Shown piece by piece: positions 53,615 to 64,000 of a stretch of DNA of 64,000 nucleotides (positions within the stretch are counted from its first letter, which is position 1; each line of letters begins with the position of its first letter). Made by a program: the position numbers and the translations under genes. The notes under the pieces were generated by a model. The model had not been told where the DNA came from and did not search any database. It worked only from the letters and a program-made list of their open reading frames with translations. The stretch is taken from NCBI RefSeq assembly GCF_003019035.1, contig NZ_CP027447.1; one strand, given 5' to 3'. Source of the stretch: Escherichia coli. Its GTDB lineage: Bacteria > Pseudomonadota > Gammaproteobacteria > Enterobacterales > Enterobacteriaceae.

Positions 53615-56600
53615 ATGTCACGTTATAAAACAGGTCATAAACAACCACGATTTCGTTATTCAGTTCTGGCCCGCTGCGTGGCGTGGGCAAATATCTCTGT
53701 TCAGGTTCTTTTTCCACTCGCAGTCACTTTTACCCCAGTAATGGCGGCACGTGCGCAGCATGCGGTTCAGCCACGGTTGAGCATGGGAAATACTACGGTA
53801 ACTGCTGATAATAACGTGGAGAAAAATGTCGCGTCGTTTGCCGCAAATGCCGGGACATTTTTAAGCAGTCAGCCAGATAGCGATGCGACACGTAACTTTA
53901 TTACCGGAATGGCCACCGCTAAAGCTAACCAGGAAATACAGGAGTGGCTCGGGAAATACGGTACTGCGCGCGTCAAACTGAATGTCGATAAAAATTTCTC
54001 GCTGAAGGACTCTTCGCTGGAAATGCTTTATCCGATTTATGATACACCGACAAATATGTTGTTCACTCAGGGGGCAATACATCGTACCGACGATCGTACT
54101 CAGTCAAATATTGGTTTTGGCTGGCGCCATTTTTCAGAAAATGACTGGATGGCGGGGGTGAATACTTTTATCGATCATGATTTATCCCGTAGTCATACCC
54201 GCATTGGTGTTGGTGCGGAATACTGGCGTGATTATTTGAAACTGAGCGCCAATGGTTATATCCGGGCTTCTGGCTGGAAAAAATCGCCGGATGTTGAGGA
54301 TTATCAGGAACGCCCGGCGAATGGCTGGGATATTCGTGCTGAGGGCTATTTACCTGCCTGGCCGCAGCTTGGCGCAAGCCTGATGTATGAACAGTATTAT
54401 GGCGATGAAGTCGGGCTGTTTGGTAAAGATAAACGCCAGAAAGATCCACATGCGATTACCGCTGAAGTGAATTACACGCCAGTGCCTCTTCTGACCCTGA
54501 GTGCCGGGCATAAGCAGGGCAAGAGTGGTGAGAATGACACTCGCTTTGGCCTGGAAGTTAATTATCGTATTGGCGAACCCCTGGAAAAACAACTCGATAC
54601 AGACAGCATTCGCGAGCGTCGAATGCTGGCAGGCAGCCGCTATGACCTGGTTGAGCGTAATAACAATATCGTTCTTGAGTATCGCAAATCTGAAGTGATC
54701 CGTATTGCTCTGCCTGAGCGTATTGAAGGCAAGGGCGGCCAGACGGTTTCCCTGGGGCTTGTGGTCAGCAAAGCAACTCACGGTCTGAAAAATGTGCAAT
54801 GGGAAGCGCCGTCTTTGCTGGCCGCAGGCGGAAAAATTACGGGGCAGGGCAATCAGTGGCAAGTGACGCTCCCGGCTTATCAGGCAGGCAAAGACAATTA
54901 TTATGCGATTTCAGCGATTGCCTACGATAACAAAGGCAATGCCTCGAAACGTGTGCAGACAGAAGTGGTTATTAGCGGAGCTGGTATGAGCGCCGATCGT
55001 ACGGCGTTAACGCTTGACGGTCAGAGCCGTATTCAAATGCTTGCTAACGGTAATGAGCAAAAGCCGCTGGTGCTGTCTCTGCGCGACGCCGAGGGCCAGC
55101 CAGTCACGGGCATGAAAGATCAGATCAAGACTGAACTAACCTTCAAACCGGCTGGAAATATTGTGACTCGTACCCTGAAGGCCACTAAATCACAGGCAAA
55201 GCCAACACTGGGTGAGTTCACCGAAACTGAAGCAGGGGTGTATCAGTCTGTCTTTACTACCGGAACGCAGTCAGGTGAGGCAACGATTACTGTTAGCATT
55301 GATGGCATGAGCAAAACCGTCACTGCAGAATTGCGCGCCACGATGATGGATGTGTCGAAGTCTACCCTGAGCGTGAATGAACTCTCAGGAGACGTGGTTG
55401 CTGATGGTCAGCAATCCCACACGCTGACGCTTACTGCGGTGGATACTGATGGTAACCCGGTGACGGGAGAAGCCAGCCGCCTGCGACTTGTTCCGCAAGA
55501 CACTAATGGTGTAACCGTTGGTGCCATTTCGGAAATAAAACCAGGGGTTTACAGCGCCACGGTTTCTTCGACCCGTGCCGGAAACGTTGTTGTGCGTGCC
55601 TTCAGCGAGCAGTATCAGCTGGGCACATTACAACAAACGCTGAAGTTTGTTGCCGGGCCGCTTGATGCAGCACATTCGTCCATCACACTGAATCCTGATA
55701 AACCGGTGGTTGGCGGTACAGTTACGGCAATCTGGACGGCAAAAGATGCTAATGACAACCCTGTAACCAGCCTCACGCCGGAAGCGCCGTCATTAGCGGG
55801 TGCTGCGGCTGTAGGTTCTACGGCATCTGGCTGGACAAATAATGGTGATGGAACATGGACTGCGCAGATTACTCTCGGCTCTACGGCGGGTGAATTAGAC
55901 GTTATGCCGAAGCTAAATGGACAGGATGCGGCAGCAAATGCGGCAAAAGTAACCGTGGTGGCTGATGCATTATCTTCAAACCAGTCGAAAGTCTCTGTCG
56001 CAGAAGATCACGTAAAAGCCGGTGAAAGCACAACCGTGACGCTTATTGCAAAAGATGCGCATGGCAACGCTATCAGTGGCCTTTCCCTGTCGGCAAGCCT
56101 GACGGGTGCTGCGTCTGAAGGGGCGACGGTATCCAACTGGACCGAGCAGGGCGATGGTTCCTATGTCGCTACGCTGACCACAGGGGGAAAGACGGGTGAG
56201 CTTCTCGTTATGCCGCTATTCAACGGTCAGCCAGCAGCCACCGAAGCCGCGCAGCTGACTGTTATTGCCGGAGAGATGTCATCAGCGAACTCTACGCTTG
56301 TTGCGGACAATAAGGCTCCGACCGTCAAAGCGACGACGGAACTTACCTTCACCGCGAAGGATGCGTATGGGAACCCTGTTAGTGGCCTGAAGCTCGATGC
56401 ACCAGTGTTTAGCGGTGCCGCCAGCACGGGATCAGAGCGACCTTCAGCAGGAAGCTGGACAGAGCAAAGTAATGGGGTCTACGTGGCGACCTTAACGCTG
56501 GGATCGGCTGCAGGCCAGCTATCAGTCATGCCGCGCGTGAACGGCCAAAATGCCGTTGCTCAACCACTGGTGCTGAATGTTGCAGGTGACGCTTCCCGGG

Positions 56601-57868
56601 CAGTGATCAGTGATATGGCGGTGAAGGTGAATAACCAACTGGCAAATGGACAGTCTGCTAACCAGGTAACCCTGACCGTCGTGGACAGCTATGGTAACCC
56701 GTTGCAGGGGCAAGAAGTTACGCTGACTTTACCGCAGGGTGTGACCAGCAAGACGGGGAATACAGTAACAACCAATGCGGCAGGTAAAGCGGATATTGAG
56801 TTGATATCAACCGTTGCAGGGGAACTTGAAATCGCGGCCGCGGTGAAAAACTCTAAGAAGACGGTCACGGTGAAATTCAACGCGGATGCCAGCACCGGTC
56901 AGGCAAACCTGCAGGTAGACACCGCCGTTCAAAAAGTGGCAAACGGCAAAGATGCCTTTACGCTGACGGCGACCGTTGAGGATAAAAACGGTAACCCTGT
57001 TCCAGGAACTCTGGTGACCTTTAATCTGCCTCGGGGTGTCAAGCCGCTTACAGGCGATAATGTCTGGGTGAAAGCCAACGATGAGGGGAAAGCAGAGTTG
57101 CAGGTGGTTTCAGTGACTGCCGGAACGTATGAGATCACGGCATCGGCAGGGAATAGCCAGCCTTCGAATACGCAGACTATAACGTTTGTAGCCGATAAGG
57201 CTACCGCAACCGTCTCCGGTATTGAGGTGATTGGCAACTATGCACTGGCGGACGGCAAAGCCAAACAAACGTATAAAGTTACGGTGACTGATGCCAATAA
57301 GAATTTGGTGAAAGATAGCGAAGTGACGCTGACCGCCAGCCCGGCTTCGTTAAACCTGGAACCGAATGGCACTGCGACAACGAATGAGCAAGGGCAGGCT
57401 ATTTTCACCGCCACGACCACTGTCGCAGCGACATATACACTCACAGCGAAAGTGGAACAGGCCAACGGTCAGGAATCGACGAAAACTGCTGAATCTAAAT
57501 TCGTCGCGGATGATAAAAACGCGGTGCTCGCCGCATCATCTGATGTGACTTCTCTGGTGGCGGATGGGGTACAGACCGCAACAATGACGGTTACCCTGTT
57601 CTCGGCAAATAACCCTGTTGGGGGGAATGTGTGGGTCGACATTGAGGCTCCGGAAGGGGTGACAGAGGCGGATTATCAGTTCCTGCCGTCGAAGGCCGAC
57701 CATTTCGCGAGCGGGAAAATCACGCGTACATTTAGTACCAACAAGCCAGGTACATACACATTCACATTCAACTCTTTGACATATGGAGGGTATGAAATGA
57801 AACCAGTGACTGTGACCATTACCGCGGTGGATGCCAATACGGCAACGGGCGAGGAGGCGATGAAATAA
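53615..57868 (+). CDS. eaeH: Intimin/invasin-like adhesin with tandem bacterial Ig-like domains (EaeH/FdeC, full length)
   Basis: 1417 aa; N-terminal beta-barrel-like region then many ~90-aa Thr/Val/Ala-rich repeats; locus position matches eaeH. Confidence 0.8.
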   Translation: MSRYKTGHKQPRFRYSVLARCVAWANISVQVLFPLAVTFTPVMAARAQHAVQPRLSMGNTTVTADNNVEKNVASFAANAGTFLSSQPDSDATRNFITGMATAKANQEIQEWLGKYGTARVKLNVDKNFSLKDSSLEMLYPIYDTPTNMLFTQGAIHRTDDRTQSNIGFGWRHFSENDWMAGVNTFIDHDLSRSHTRIGVGAEYWRDYLKLSANGYIRASGWKKSPDVEDYQERPANGWDIRAEGYLPAWPQLGASLMYEQYYGDEVGLFGKDKRQKDPHAITAEVNYTPVPLLTLSAGHKQGKSGENDTRFGLEVNYRIGEPLEKQLDTDSIRERRMLAGSRYDLVERNNNIVLEYRKSEVIRIALPERIEGKGGQTVSLGLVVSKATHGLKNVQWEAPSLLAAGGKITGQGNQWQVTLPAYQAGKDNYYAISAIAYDNKGNASKRVQTEVVISGAGMSADRTALTLDGQSRIQMLANGNEQKPLVLSLRDAEGQPVTGMKDQIKTELTFKPAGNIVTRTLKATKSQAKPTLGEFTETEAGVYQSVFTTGTQSGEATITVSIDGMSKTVTAELRATMMDVSKSTLSVNELSGDVVADGQQSHTLTLTAVDTDGNPVTGEASRLRLVPQDTNGVTVGAISEIKPGVYSATVSSTRAGNVVVRAFSEQYQLGTLQQTLKFVAGPLDAAHSSITLNPDKPVVGGTVTAIWTAKDANDNPVTSLTPEAPSLAGAAAVGSTASGWTNNGDGTWTAQITLGSTAGELDVMPKLNGQDAAANAAKVTVVADALSSNQSKVSVAEDHVKAGESTTVTLIAKDAHGNAISGLSLSASLTGAASEGATVSNWTEQGDGSYVATLTTGGKTGELLVMPLFNGQPAATEAAQLTVIAGEMSSANSTLVADNKAPTVKATTELTFTAKDAYGNPVSGLKLDAPVFSGAASTGSERPSAGSWTEQSNGVYVATLTLGSAAGQLSVMPRVNGQNAVAQPLVLNVAGDASRAVISDMAVKVNNQLANGQSANQVTLTVVDSYGNPLQGQEVTLTLPQGVTSKTGNTVTTNAAGKADIELISTVAGELEIAAAVKNSKKTVTVKFNADASTGQANLQVDTAVQKVANGKDAFTLTATVEDKNGNPVPGTLVTFNLPRGVKPLTGDNVWVKANDEGKAELQVVSVTAGTYEITASAGNSQPSNTQTITFVADKATATVSGIEVIGNYALADGKAKQTYKVTVTDANKNLVKDSEVTLTASPASLNLEPNGTATTNEQGQAIFTATTTVAATYTLTAKVEQANGQESTKTAESKFVADDKNAVLAASSDVTSLVADGVQTATMTVTLFSANNPVGGNVWVDIEAPEGVTEADYQFLPSKADHFASGKITRTFSTNKPGTYTFTFNSLTYGGYEMKPVTVTITAVDANTATGEEAMK

Positions 57869-57988
57869 TATTAAGAGTATGAAAGTAACATTCTAATAAA
57901 CAATAATGGCGTTGACATCTTCAACGCCATTATTTATTGAATTGCCTGACAGTAGTCTCGTTATAAATTCATTTAGATATAGCGATAA

Positions 57989-58879
57989 CTAAACCGGACG
58001 AACAGGGATAAATATTTCGCAAACAACATCATTGCTATCCTTTTCTACGAAATCTTCATTGTAATAAAATCGCTCAATATCACTGCCGTTCATTCTGGCT
58101 AACCTCCTGGCGGGTAATTCCATCAGATAGAGGTTTCGCGCCCATTCAGGGTAGTGCTCCCACTCACCTTCATAGCGGAAAGAGGCATACAGTCCTCGGT
58201 TAATTGTCCACTCTTTCGACATCTCTGAATCGGTTTGTTTGCATACCGTACCGGCAAAAGTTTCAACTGTGAGCAAATCGACCGATTTTGTTGACGGTTC
58301 GAACGTGGAGACGAAATAGATATCCGTCTTAAAATTCTTCATACATCTGGCTAAATGATGACGTCGCAGTTTGACTTCTTCATCCGGTGATTTATTCGAC
58401 ACTTCAATATCATATTTAAATGAATTGCCAAAAATAGGTGTCTCAGGAAAGTTGACTAATCTACACTCCGTCTTTTGCTGTTGACGTATTAAAAAAGAAG
58501 GGAAGATATTTGCGAGATCCCAATAATCACGGTGGCGGTATTCACGGGGAGAGCAGCCGAATAACTTTTTAAATTCGCGGCTGAATGATTGCTGTGAATC
58601 AAAATGCAAAGAGAGTGCAATATCAAGCATAGATTTCGCGGAGAGCCGGACAAGAATGGCGGCACGACAAAGCCTTCGTTTGCGAATGTATTCTCCCAAA
58701 GGCACATGCATGAAATTTCGGAAAAGAAGCTGGATGTTGCGTCTGCTGTAGCCAGATTTCTGTGCGATATCTTCGATTGAAATAGGGTGCTCAAGATTGC
58801 ACTCAATCCACTCCAGGAGCTGCTGTAGAATCTTCTGCCTGATCATCACATTCTCCGTTAATTCTTTGTCATATCGCAC
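57989..58879 (-). CDS. AraC-family transcriptional regulator with ligand-binding C-terminal domain
   Basis: 296 aa (start uncertain); AraC HTH in the N-terminal half (IEDIAQKSGYSRRNIQLLF ... FKKLFGCSPREYR). Confidence 0.7.
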   Translation of the reverse strand: MRYDKELTENVMIRQKILQQLLEWIECNLEHPISIEDIAQKSGYSRRNIQLLFRNFMHVPLGEYIRKRRLCRAAILVRLSAKSMLDIALSLHFDSQQSFSREFKKLFGCSPREYRHRDYWDLANIFPSFLIRQQQKTECRLVNFPETPIFGNSFKYDIEVSNKSPDEEVKLRRHHLARCMKNFKTDIYFVSTFEPSTKSVDLLTVETFAGTVCKQTDSEMSKEWTINRGLYASFRYEGEWEHYPEWARNLYLMELPARRLARMNGSDIERFYYNEDFVEKDSNDVVCEIFIPVRPV

Positions 58880-59078
58880 ATTTTCGTTATGTCCTGGGCC
58901 CTAAGTGTATCAAAAACAGCAAGGGCGAAGGCAAAAGCACTGATAGCGTCTGCTTCATTGCCCCAAAAATAGAGAGATTTCTGCCCTACATTATTAATGA
59001 ATTTTTTGCATAAGTGATATCAAAATCCACATACTAATTTGAGGTTACGTTTTAACGTAGACTCATTGTTCATACCTA

Positions 59079-59963
59079 ATGGAGGGACTGACAGTGGAAT
59101 TTTCCGTATTAAGTAACAATCTGAAAATGCCGATGATGGGATTTGGTGTTTTTCAGGTTACCGATAAAGACGTGTGCAAACAGTCAGTGTTGAATGCTAT
59201 CCGCACGGGTTATCGACTCATCGACACTGCAGCGGTATACGGTAATGAAGATGCCGTCGGTGAAGCCGTTCGTGAAGCCATATCTGAAGGTTTATGTACC
59301 CGAGATGAGTTATTTATAACGTCTAAATTGTGGGTGCAGGATATGTTGAATCAGGATACGGCAAAAGCAGGTATTGAAGCGTCATTAAAAAAATCGGGAC
59401 TAGAATACTTCGACCTCTATTTATTGCACCAGGCTATGCGCGATTATTTCAGTGCGTGGCGTGCACTCGAAGATACCTATGAAGAGGGGAAATTAAAAGC
59501 AATTGGGGTTTCCAATTTCTATCCTCATGTTCTGGCGAACTTTTGTGAAACGGTAAGAGTTAAACCGATGGTCAACCAGGTCGAGTTGCATCCCTATTTT
59601 GCCCAACCAGAGGCGCTGGCTACCATGAAGTATTATAGCGTGCAGCCTGAAGCATGGGCTCCGTTAGGTGGTGGACGACATAAACCCTTTGAAAATAATC
59701 TGCTTCAGAGTATTGCAGATGCCCATCAAAAATCGATTTCTCAAGTCATTCTGCGTTGGAATATTCAACGGGGAGTAGTCGTTATTCCGAAATCGACACA
59801 TCAACAGCGTATCGAAGAAAATTTTGCTATCTGGGATTTCTCACTGACAGAGAAAGAAATGGCACAAATTAGCTCGCTTGATTTGGGTTATGTTGGCGAA
59901 TCGGTAAAACATTTTAATCCTGAGTTTGTTCGTGGTTGTCTTGCTGTAAAAATACATGGTTGA
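59079..59963 (+). CDS. Aldo-keto reductase
   Basis: 294 aa; MPMMGFGVFQV...[14 protein letters not shown]...LFITSKLW pattern. Confidence 0.75.
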   Translation: MEGLTVEFSVLSNNLKMPMMGFGVFQVTDKDVCKQSVLNAIRTGYRLIDTAAVYGNEDAVGEAVREAISEGLCTRDELFITSKLWVQDMLNQDTAKAGIEASLKKSGLEYFDLYLLHQAMRDYFSAWRALEDTYEEGKLKAIGVSNFYPHVLANFCETVRVKPMVNQVELHPYFAQPEALATMKYYSVQPEAWAPLGGGRHKPFENNLLQSIADAHQKSISQVILRWNIQRGVVVIPKSTHQQRIEENFAIWDFSLTEKEMAQISSLDLGYVGESVKHFNPEFVRGCLAVKIHG

Positions 59964-60124
59964 TATTAATCACTTATTTTACCTGAGATGACATAAATGT
60001 TTTAATAAGGGAGTTATATTGAACCTTACATTGTCCTGTTTCAGGTAATATGGCGTCAGGCTTCACCCATTAGCAAGGAAAGCCTGACGCCTGAAAAAGT
60101 GAACAACAGACAGTGTTCGGATTA

Positions 60125-60718
60125 TCAATATTCAGTTTTTAACGTTGAACTGGATTCATTACTGCGTTGTTTAAGAATGTCCCGCGCCGAATCTGCCATT
60201 ATCATGACAGCACCTGCCAGCATCAGAGTATCTTTCAATACCAGGCGACCAGCACCGGATAAATAAGGGAAACCATGATGAGCGTCACCCAATGCGGGTA
60301 CCCATGCCTCCGGGGTGGTGATTAAAAATGAGAGTGTTACCAGCGGCGTGGTAAATGCCATCAGCCCACCCAATAAACCTAACCAGCGATTGACAGGATT
60401 AGCCAAAACCAGCAGAGCAATAATCACCTCCACGACGCCAAGACCGTTGGAAAAACCATAGGTATTATTAGCCGTTTGCCATGCTCTTGCTTCTGGTTTG
60501 TATTCGCCTTCGTGAGTCAGATACTGTTTATAGTCTTCTGGGTGTTCATAAAAGAACGACATTAGTGGACTGTTTGCGACGAATGGTGTAATGCTGTCTG
60601 CCTCGTAAGGGACAAACTTTAATAACCCAATCCACATAAAAACAATCGCAATACTCAGACGAATCAATGTCAGGCCAATTTTATCTCCCCGACTTAACAG
60701 GTGCAGGTATTTCTCCAT
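60125..60718 (-). CDS. rclC: Reactive chlorine resistance inner membrane protein RclC
   Basis: ~197 aa from MEKYLHLL; multi-helix membrane protein; part of the rclCBA-rclR locus. Confidence 0.85.
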   Translation of the reverse strand: MEKYLHLLSRGDKIGLTLIRLSIAIVFMWIGLLKFVPYEADSITPFVANSPLMSFFYEHPEDYKQYLTHEGEYKPEARAWQTANNTYGFSNGLGVVEVIIALLVLANPVNRWLGLLGGLMAFTTPLVTLSFLITTPEAWVPALGDAHHGFPYLSGAGRLVLKDTLMLAGAVMIMADSARDILKQRSNESSSTLKTEY

Positions 60719-60729
60719 TGTAAACATCC

Positions 60730-60966
60730 TTATTTATACAATACTGCTGTTGCGGTTGAATTATTATCAATTCGCATCGATGTGACTTTCCAGGATGAAG
60801 CATTATATTTTCTGGCCATATCAGCAATGGCATCCTCAAGAACTGTCGGTGATGCTGATACTGACGAGACGCTGATATGTTTCAGAATTATTTTATCATC
60901 TGCATTGGTGGAAAATGCCATAACGCCAGATAATAGTGTTGCAAATAAAACAGATTTTTTAAACAT
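60730..60966 (-). CDS. rclB: Reactive chlorine resistance periplasmic protein RclB (DUF1471)
   Basis: ~78 aa from MFKKSV; signal peptide plus DUF1471-like domain. Confidence 0.8.
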   Translation of the reverse strand: MFKKSVLFATLLSGVMAFSTNADDKIILKHISVSSVSASPTVLEDAIADMARKYNASSWKVTSMRIDNNSTATAVLYK

Positions 60967-61074
60967 ATAAAATACCATCAATGAAGTGATTAAGAAGTTA
61001 TAAAGTAACAGGGAATTAATAAGATTCTTTTCTCTGAGACGCCAGAATATTTGTTCTGGCGTCTGATTTTGAGT

Positions 61075-62400
61075 TTATTTGACTAATGAAAATAGATCAT
61101 TGAGTGATTCGCTCATCGACGGATGAGTAAATATCTGATCGCGTAATATGCTATAAGGCAGCCCGGCATCCATCACCATTTTCACTATATTGATCATCTC
61201 GTGGGAGTCAACACACAGCAGTGATGCCCCTAATATACGTTGGGTTTTATTATCAACAATCGCTTTTAATACCCCACGAGTATCATTCATCACTCTGGCA
61301 CGCGGAATTGCAGCTACAGGCAATGTCACCACCTGAATATCAGCACCACTCTCTCTGGCCTGTTCTTCTGTCATACCAACCCTGGACAGTGGCGGTGTCA
61401 TGAATACGGAATAAGGCACATTTTTCCGATCATCAGTACTACGTCTGCCTTCTCCCAGCAATTCATCACGCACAATGCGGTAATCATCCAGTGAAATGTA
61501 AGTAAATTGCAGCCCGCCGGTAACATCTCCCATCGCCCAAATATTGTTTGCGGTGGTATGTAATTGCTTGTCAACGACAATTGCCCCGCGCTCGTTTACT
61601 GCGATACCTGCATTTTCTGGATGTAACGAAGCGGTAGCCGGTTGACGACCGGAAGCTATTAACAGTGCATCCACCGCCAGTTGGGCGTGCTCGCTATGCA
61701 CTTGCACTTGATTTTCATGGTGACTGATTCGCTCCACATGGGCATTGAGGATTATATCGACGCCCTGATCGCGTAAAATCGTCGCGATATTATCAGCAAT
61801 ATCCCGATCTTCCCGAGGCAAAAACAGCGAAGCTGCCTCTAAAATGGTTACTTTGCTGCCAAAATTAGCGAATATAGAGGCGAACTCAACGCCAATATAT
61901 CCGCCGCCCAAAATACCTAAATGTGCAGGCAATTCTTTTAGATGAAGTAATCCGGTGCTGTCATATACACCAGGCGTGGTGGTAATTCCAGGAATTGGCG
62001 GAACCACGGTTTGTGCACCGGTATTAATAAAAATTTTCTCGCCATGAATCTCCTGATTTCCCTCAGGCCGATGAACACGCAGGCTATGATTATTGATAAA
62101 CTCCGCCTGGCCGTCGATCACGTCGATATTGGGCATATCCGCAAGATTATGAAAATTCTTATTACGTAAAAAATTAACCACTTCATTTTTACGCTGTATG
62201 GCACGGACAAAATCTGTGTGCTGCTGTGCGTCATGAACCAATGTTTTGGTTGGGATACAGCCGATATTAATACAGGTCCCGCCATACATTGCATTTGATT
62301 GTTCGATGAGAGCCACACGCCAACCTGCTTTTGCCAGCGTGACGGCTAATGTTTTTCCAGCCTTGCCAAAACCAATAATAACTGCCTGATATTTATTCAT
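61075..62400 (-). CDS. rclA: Pyridine nucleotide-disulfide oxidoreductase RclA
   Basis: ~441 aa from MNKYQAVIIGFGKAG; FAD-binding GxGxxG and redox-active CINIGC motif. Confidence 0.85.
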   Translation of the reverse strand: MNKYQAVIIGFGKAGKTLAVTLAKAGWRVALIEQSNAMYGGTCINIGCIPTKTLVHDAQQHTDFVRAIQRKNEVVNFLRNKNFHNLADMPNIDVIDGQAEFINNHSLRVHRPEGNQEIHGEKIFINTGAQTVVPPIPGITTTPGVYDSTGLLHLKELPAHLGILGGGYIGVEFASIFANFGSKVTILEAASLFLPREDRDIADNIATILRDQGVDIILNAHVERISHHENQVQVHSEHAQLAVDALLIASGRQPATASLHPENAGIAVNERGAIVVDKQLHTTANNIWAMGDVTGGLQFTYISLDDYRIVRDELLGEGRRSTDDRKNVPYSVFMTPPLSRVGMTEEQARESGADIQVVTLPVAAIPRARVMNDTRGVLKAIVDNKTQRILGASLLCVDSHEMINIVKMVMDAGLPYSILRDQIFTHPSMSESLNDLFSLVK

Positions 62401-62626
62401 GATGATTTCCTGTCTAAACGCGTTCATTTGACATCATGACTATAGACGCAAAAGAGCAAATAACATTTCTTCACAACGCTTGATATTTTGTCTTATCGTC
62501 TGGTATTTTCTTTTTCTTAATCAGAATCACAAAACAAAAATCATGATTAACCATTTGATGGTATTAGATTAATTATTGACTAAGATTGTTGGTGTTTGTA
62601 ATCAAAAACCCACTCAGGAGTCTAAT

Positions 62627-63481
62627 ATGGATGCTCTTAGCCGTTTGTTGATGCTTAACGCTCCACAAGGAACGATCGATAAGAATTGCGTGTTAGGAAG
62701 TGACTGGCAACTTCCACATGGTGCCGGGGAATTGTCGGTTATTCGTTGGCATGCGTTAACGCAAGGAGCGGCGAAGCTGGAAATGCCGACGGGAGAGATT
62801 TTTACATTACGCCCGGGAAATGTGGTCCTGCTACCACAAAATTCAGCTCATCGCCTGAGTCATGTCGATAATGAATCGACCTGTATTGTCTGTGGCACTC
62901 TTCGGCTGCAACATTCGGCGCGTTATTTTTTAACGTCTTTGCCGGAAACGCTGTTTGTAGCACCAGTGAACCATAGCGTGGAATATAACTGGCTGAGGGA
63001 GGCGATCCCGTTTTTACAACAGGAATCCAGATCGGCAATGCCGGGAGTGGATGCTCTGTGTAGCCAGATCTGCGCTACATTCTTTATCCTCGCGGTGCGT
63101 GAATGGATTGCACAGGTTAATACAGAGAAAAACATTCTCAGTTTGCTTCTGCATCCACGTCTTGGTGCGGTAATACAGCAAATGATGGAAATGCCAGGAC
63201 ACGCCTGGACCGTCGAATCGCTGGCCAGCATCGCCCACATGTCCCGGGCAAGTTTTGCCCAGCTTTTCCGTGATGTTTCCGGAACCACGCCGCTGGCTGT
63301 ATTAACAAAGTTGCGTCTACAAATAGCGGCCCAGATGTTTTCCCGGGAAATGCTCCCTGTTGTGGTGATCGCTGAGTCAGTAGGCTATGCCAGCGAATCA
63401 TCTTTTCACAAGGCGTTTGTCCGCGAGTTTGGTTGTACTCCGGGAGAATATCGGGAAAGGGTCAGACAGCTTGCACCCTGA
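62627..63481 (+). CDS. rclR: AraC-family transcriptional activator RclR
   Basis: ~284 aa from MDALSRL; C-terminal AraC HTH; divergent from rclA. Confidence 0.85.
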   Translation: MDALSRLLMLNAPQGTIDKNCVLGSDWQLPHGAGELSVIRWHALTQGAAKLEMPTGEIFTLRPGNVVLLPQNSAHRLSHVDNESTCIVCGTLRLQHSARYFLTSLPETLFVAPVNHSVEYNWLREAIPFLQQESRSAMPGVDALCSQICATFFILAVREWIAQVNTEKNILSLLLHPRLGAVIQQMMEMPGHAWTVESLASIAHMSRASFAQLFRDVSGTTPLAVLTKLRLQIAAQMFSREMLPVVVIAESVGYASESSFHKAFVREFGCTPGEYRERVRQLAP

Positions 63482-64000
63482 ATAAAATCGCCAGAAATCG
63501 GGGCAAAGATAATCCGCATTCCGGGAGTTGTGAGCCTTTCGACTATTTCTATTTCCAACGGTGGTTTTGGGCTTTATATATTTTTTTGATGGACTCTAGT
63601 TCAGTTTTTAAATAAAAATGCAAACTAAATTGCTTCAATTAAATAAAATCCCGACTATTACTTGATACGTGATTATTGTCGGTGATTTTTTTGTACACCA
63701 TCAGTGTATATCTCAATAACCCCTGAATAAGTAGCTCTGAATAGGTATAAGGGATGTAGCCTTTTTAAATGGATTTCTTATGCCAAAAATGATCGTCGAT
63801 TTCCCTATAAAATGTGAGCGATGCCGAAAGAAATAAAATTAGTTATTGCATTTGAAGTTTAGATGAAAGATTATCATTTGTCATACAAATGAGGGGTGGT
63901 ATGTTGCTAGCCAATTAAAAAAGAACGCCATATTTATTGATGATTGATCCCCCGGAAGGGGGGAACCATCGGGCATAAATGGGTATGAAGTAATGGAGTA

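Noticed and set aside
54350-54862. 170-aa minus-strand ORF inside eaeH
   Set aside because: Antisense shadow within the adhesin gene.
53615-57868. Large repetitive ORF as a phage tail fibre or secreted toxin
   Set aside because: It lies outside the prophage in a conserved chromosomal locus and has an intimin/invasin-like architecture.

Overview
The window holds the right ~35 kb of a temperate prophage (1..35343) followed by E. coli-type chromosome (35344..64000). All calls were made by eye from the sequence and ORF track; no searches or folding were run. The prophage is an e14-like mosaic: CI/Cro immunity region, replication gene with internal iterons, RusA, KilA-N, Q antiterminator, an AT-rich two-gene moron on the opposite strand, a late operon with DNA methyltransferase and lysis genes, HNH/terminase, HK97-type head, Mu-type contractile tail, a Pin-controlled invertible tail-fibre segment, and an accessory island. 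It ends at a 45-nt tRNA-Thr 3' fragment (attR, 35299..35343); integrase and attL lie outside the window. Two candidate defence loci stand out. The first is an unclassified co-transcribed pair at 6469..7930 (308-aa soluble protein plus 182-aa four-helix membrane protein), which is the best candidate for an undescribed system. The second is the island between pin and attR, carrying a GIY-YIG-like nuclease gene and a retron-type reverse transcriptase fused to a Toprim-like domain, with a candidate msr/msd ncRNA flanked by 12-bp inverted repeats. The chromosomal part carries yagU, ykgJ, ecpEDCBA-ecpR, ykgM/ykgO with a palindromic Zur-box-like operator (ykgO appears frameshifted), a redox/regulator cluster, full-length eaeH/fdeC and rclCBA-rclR.
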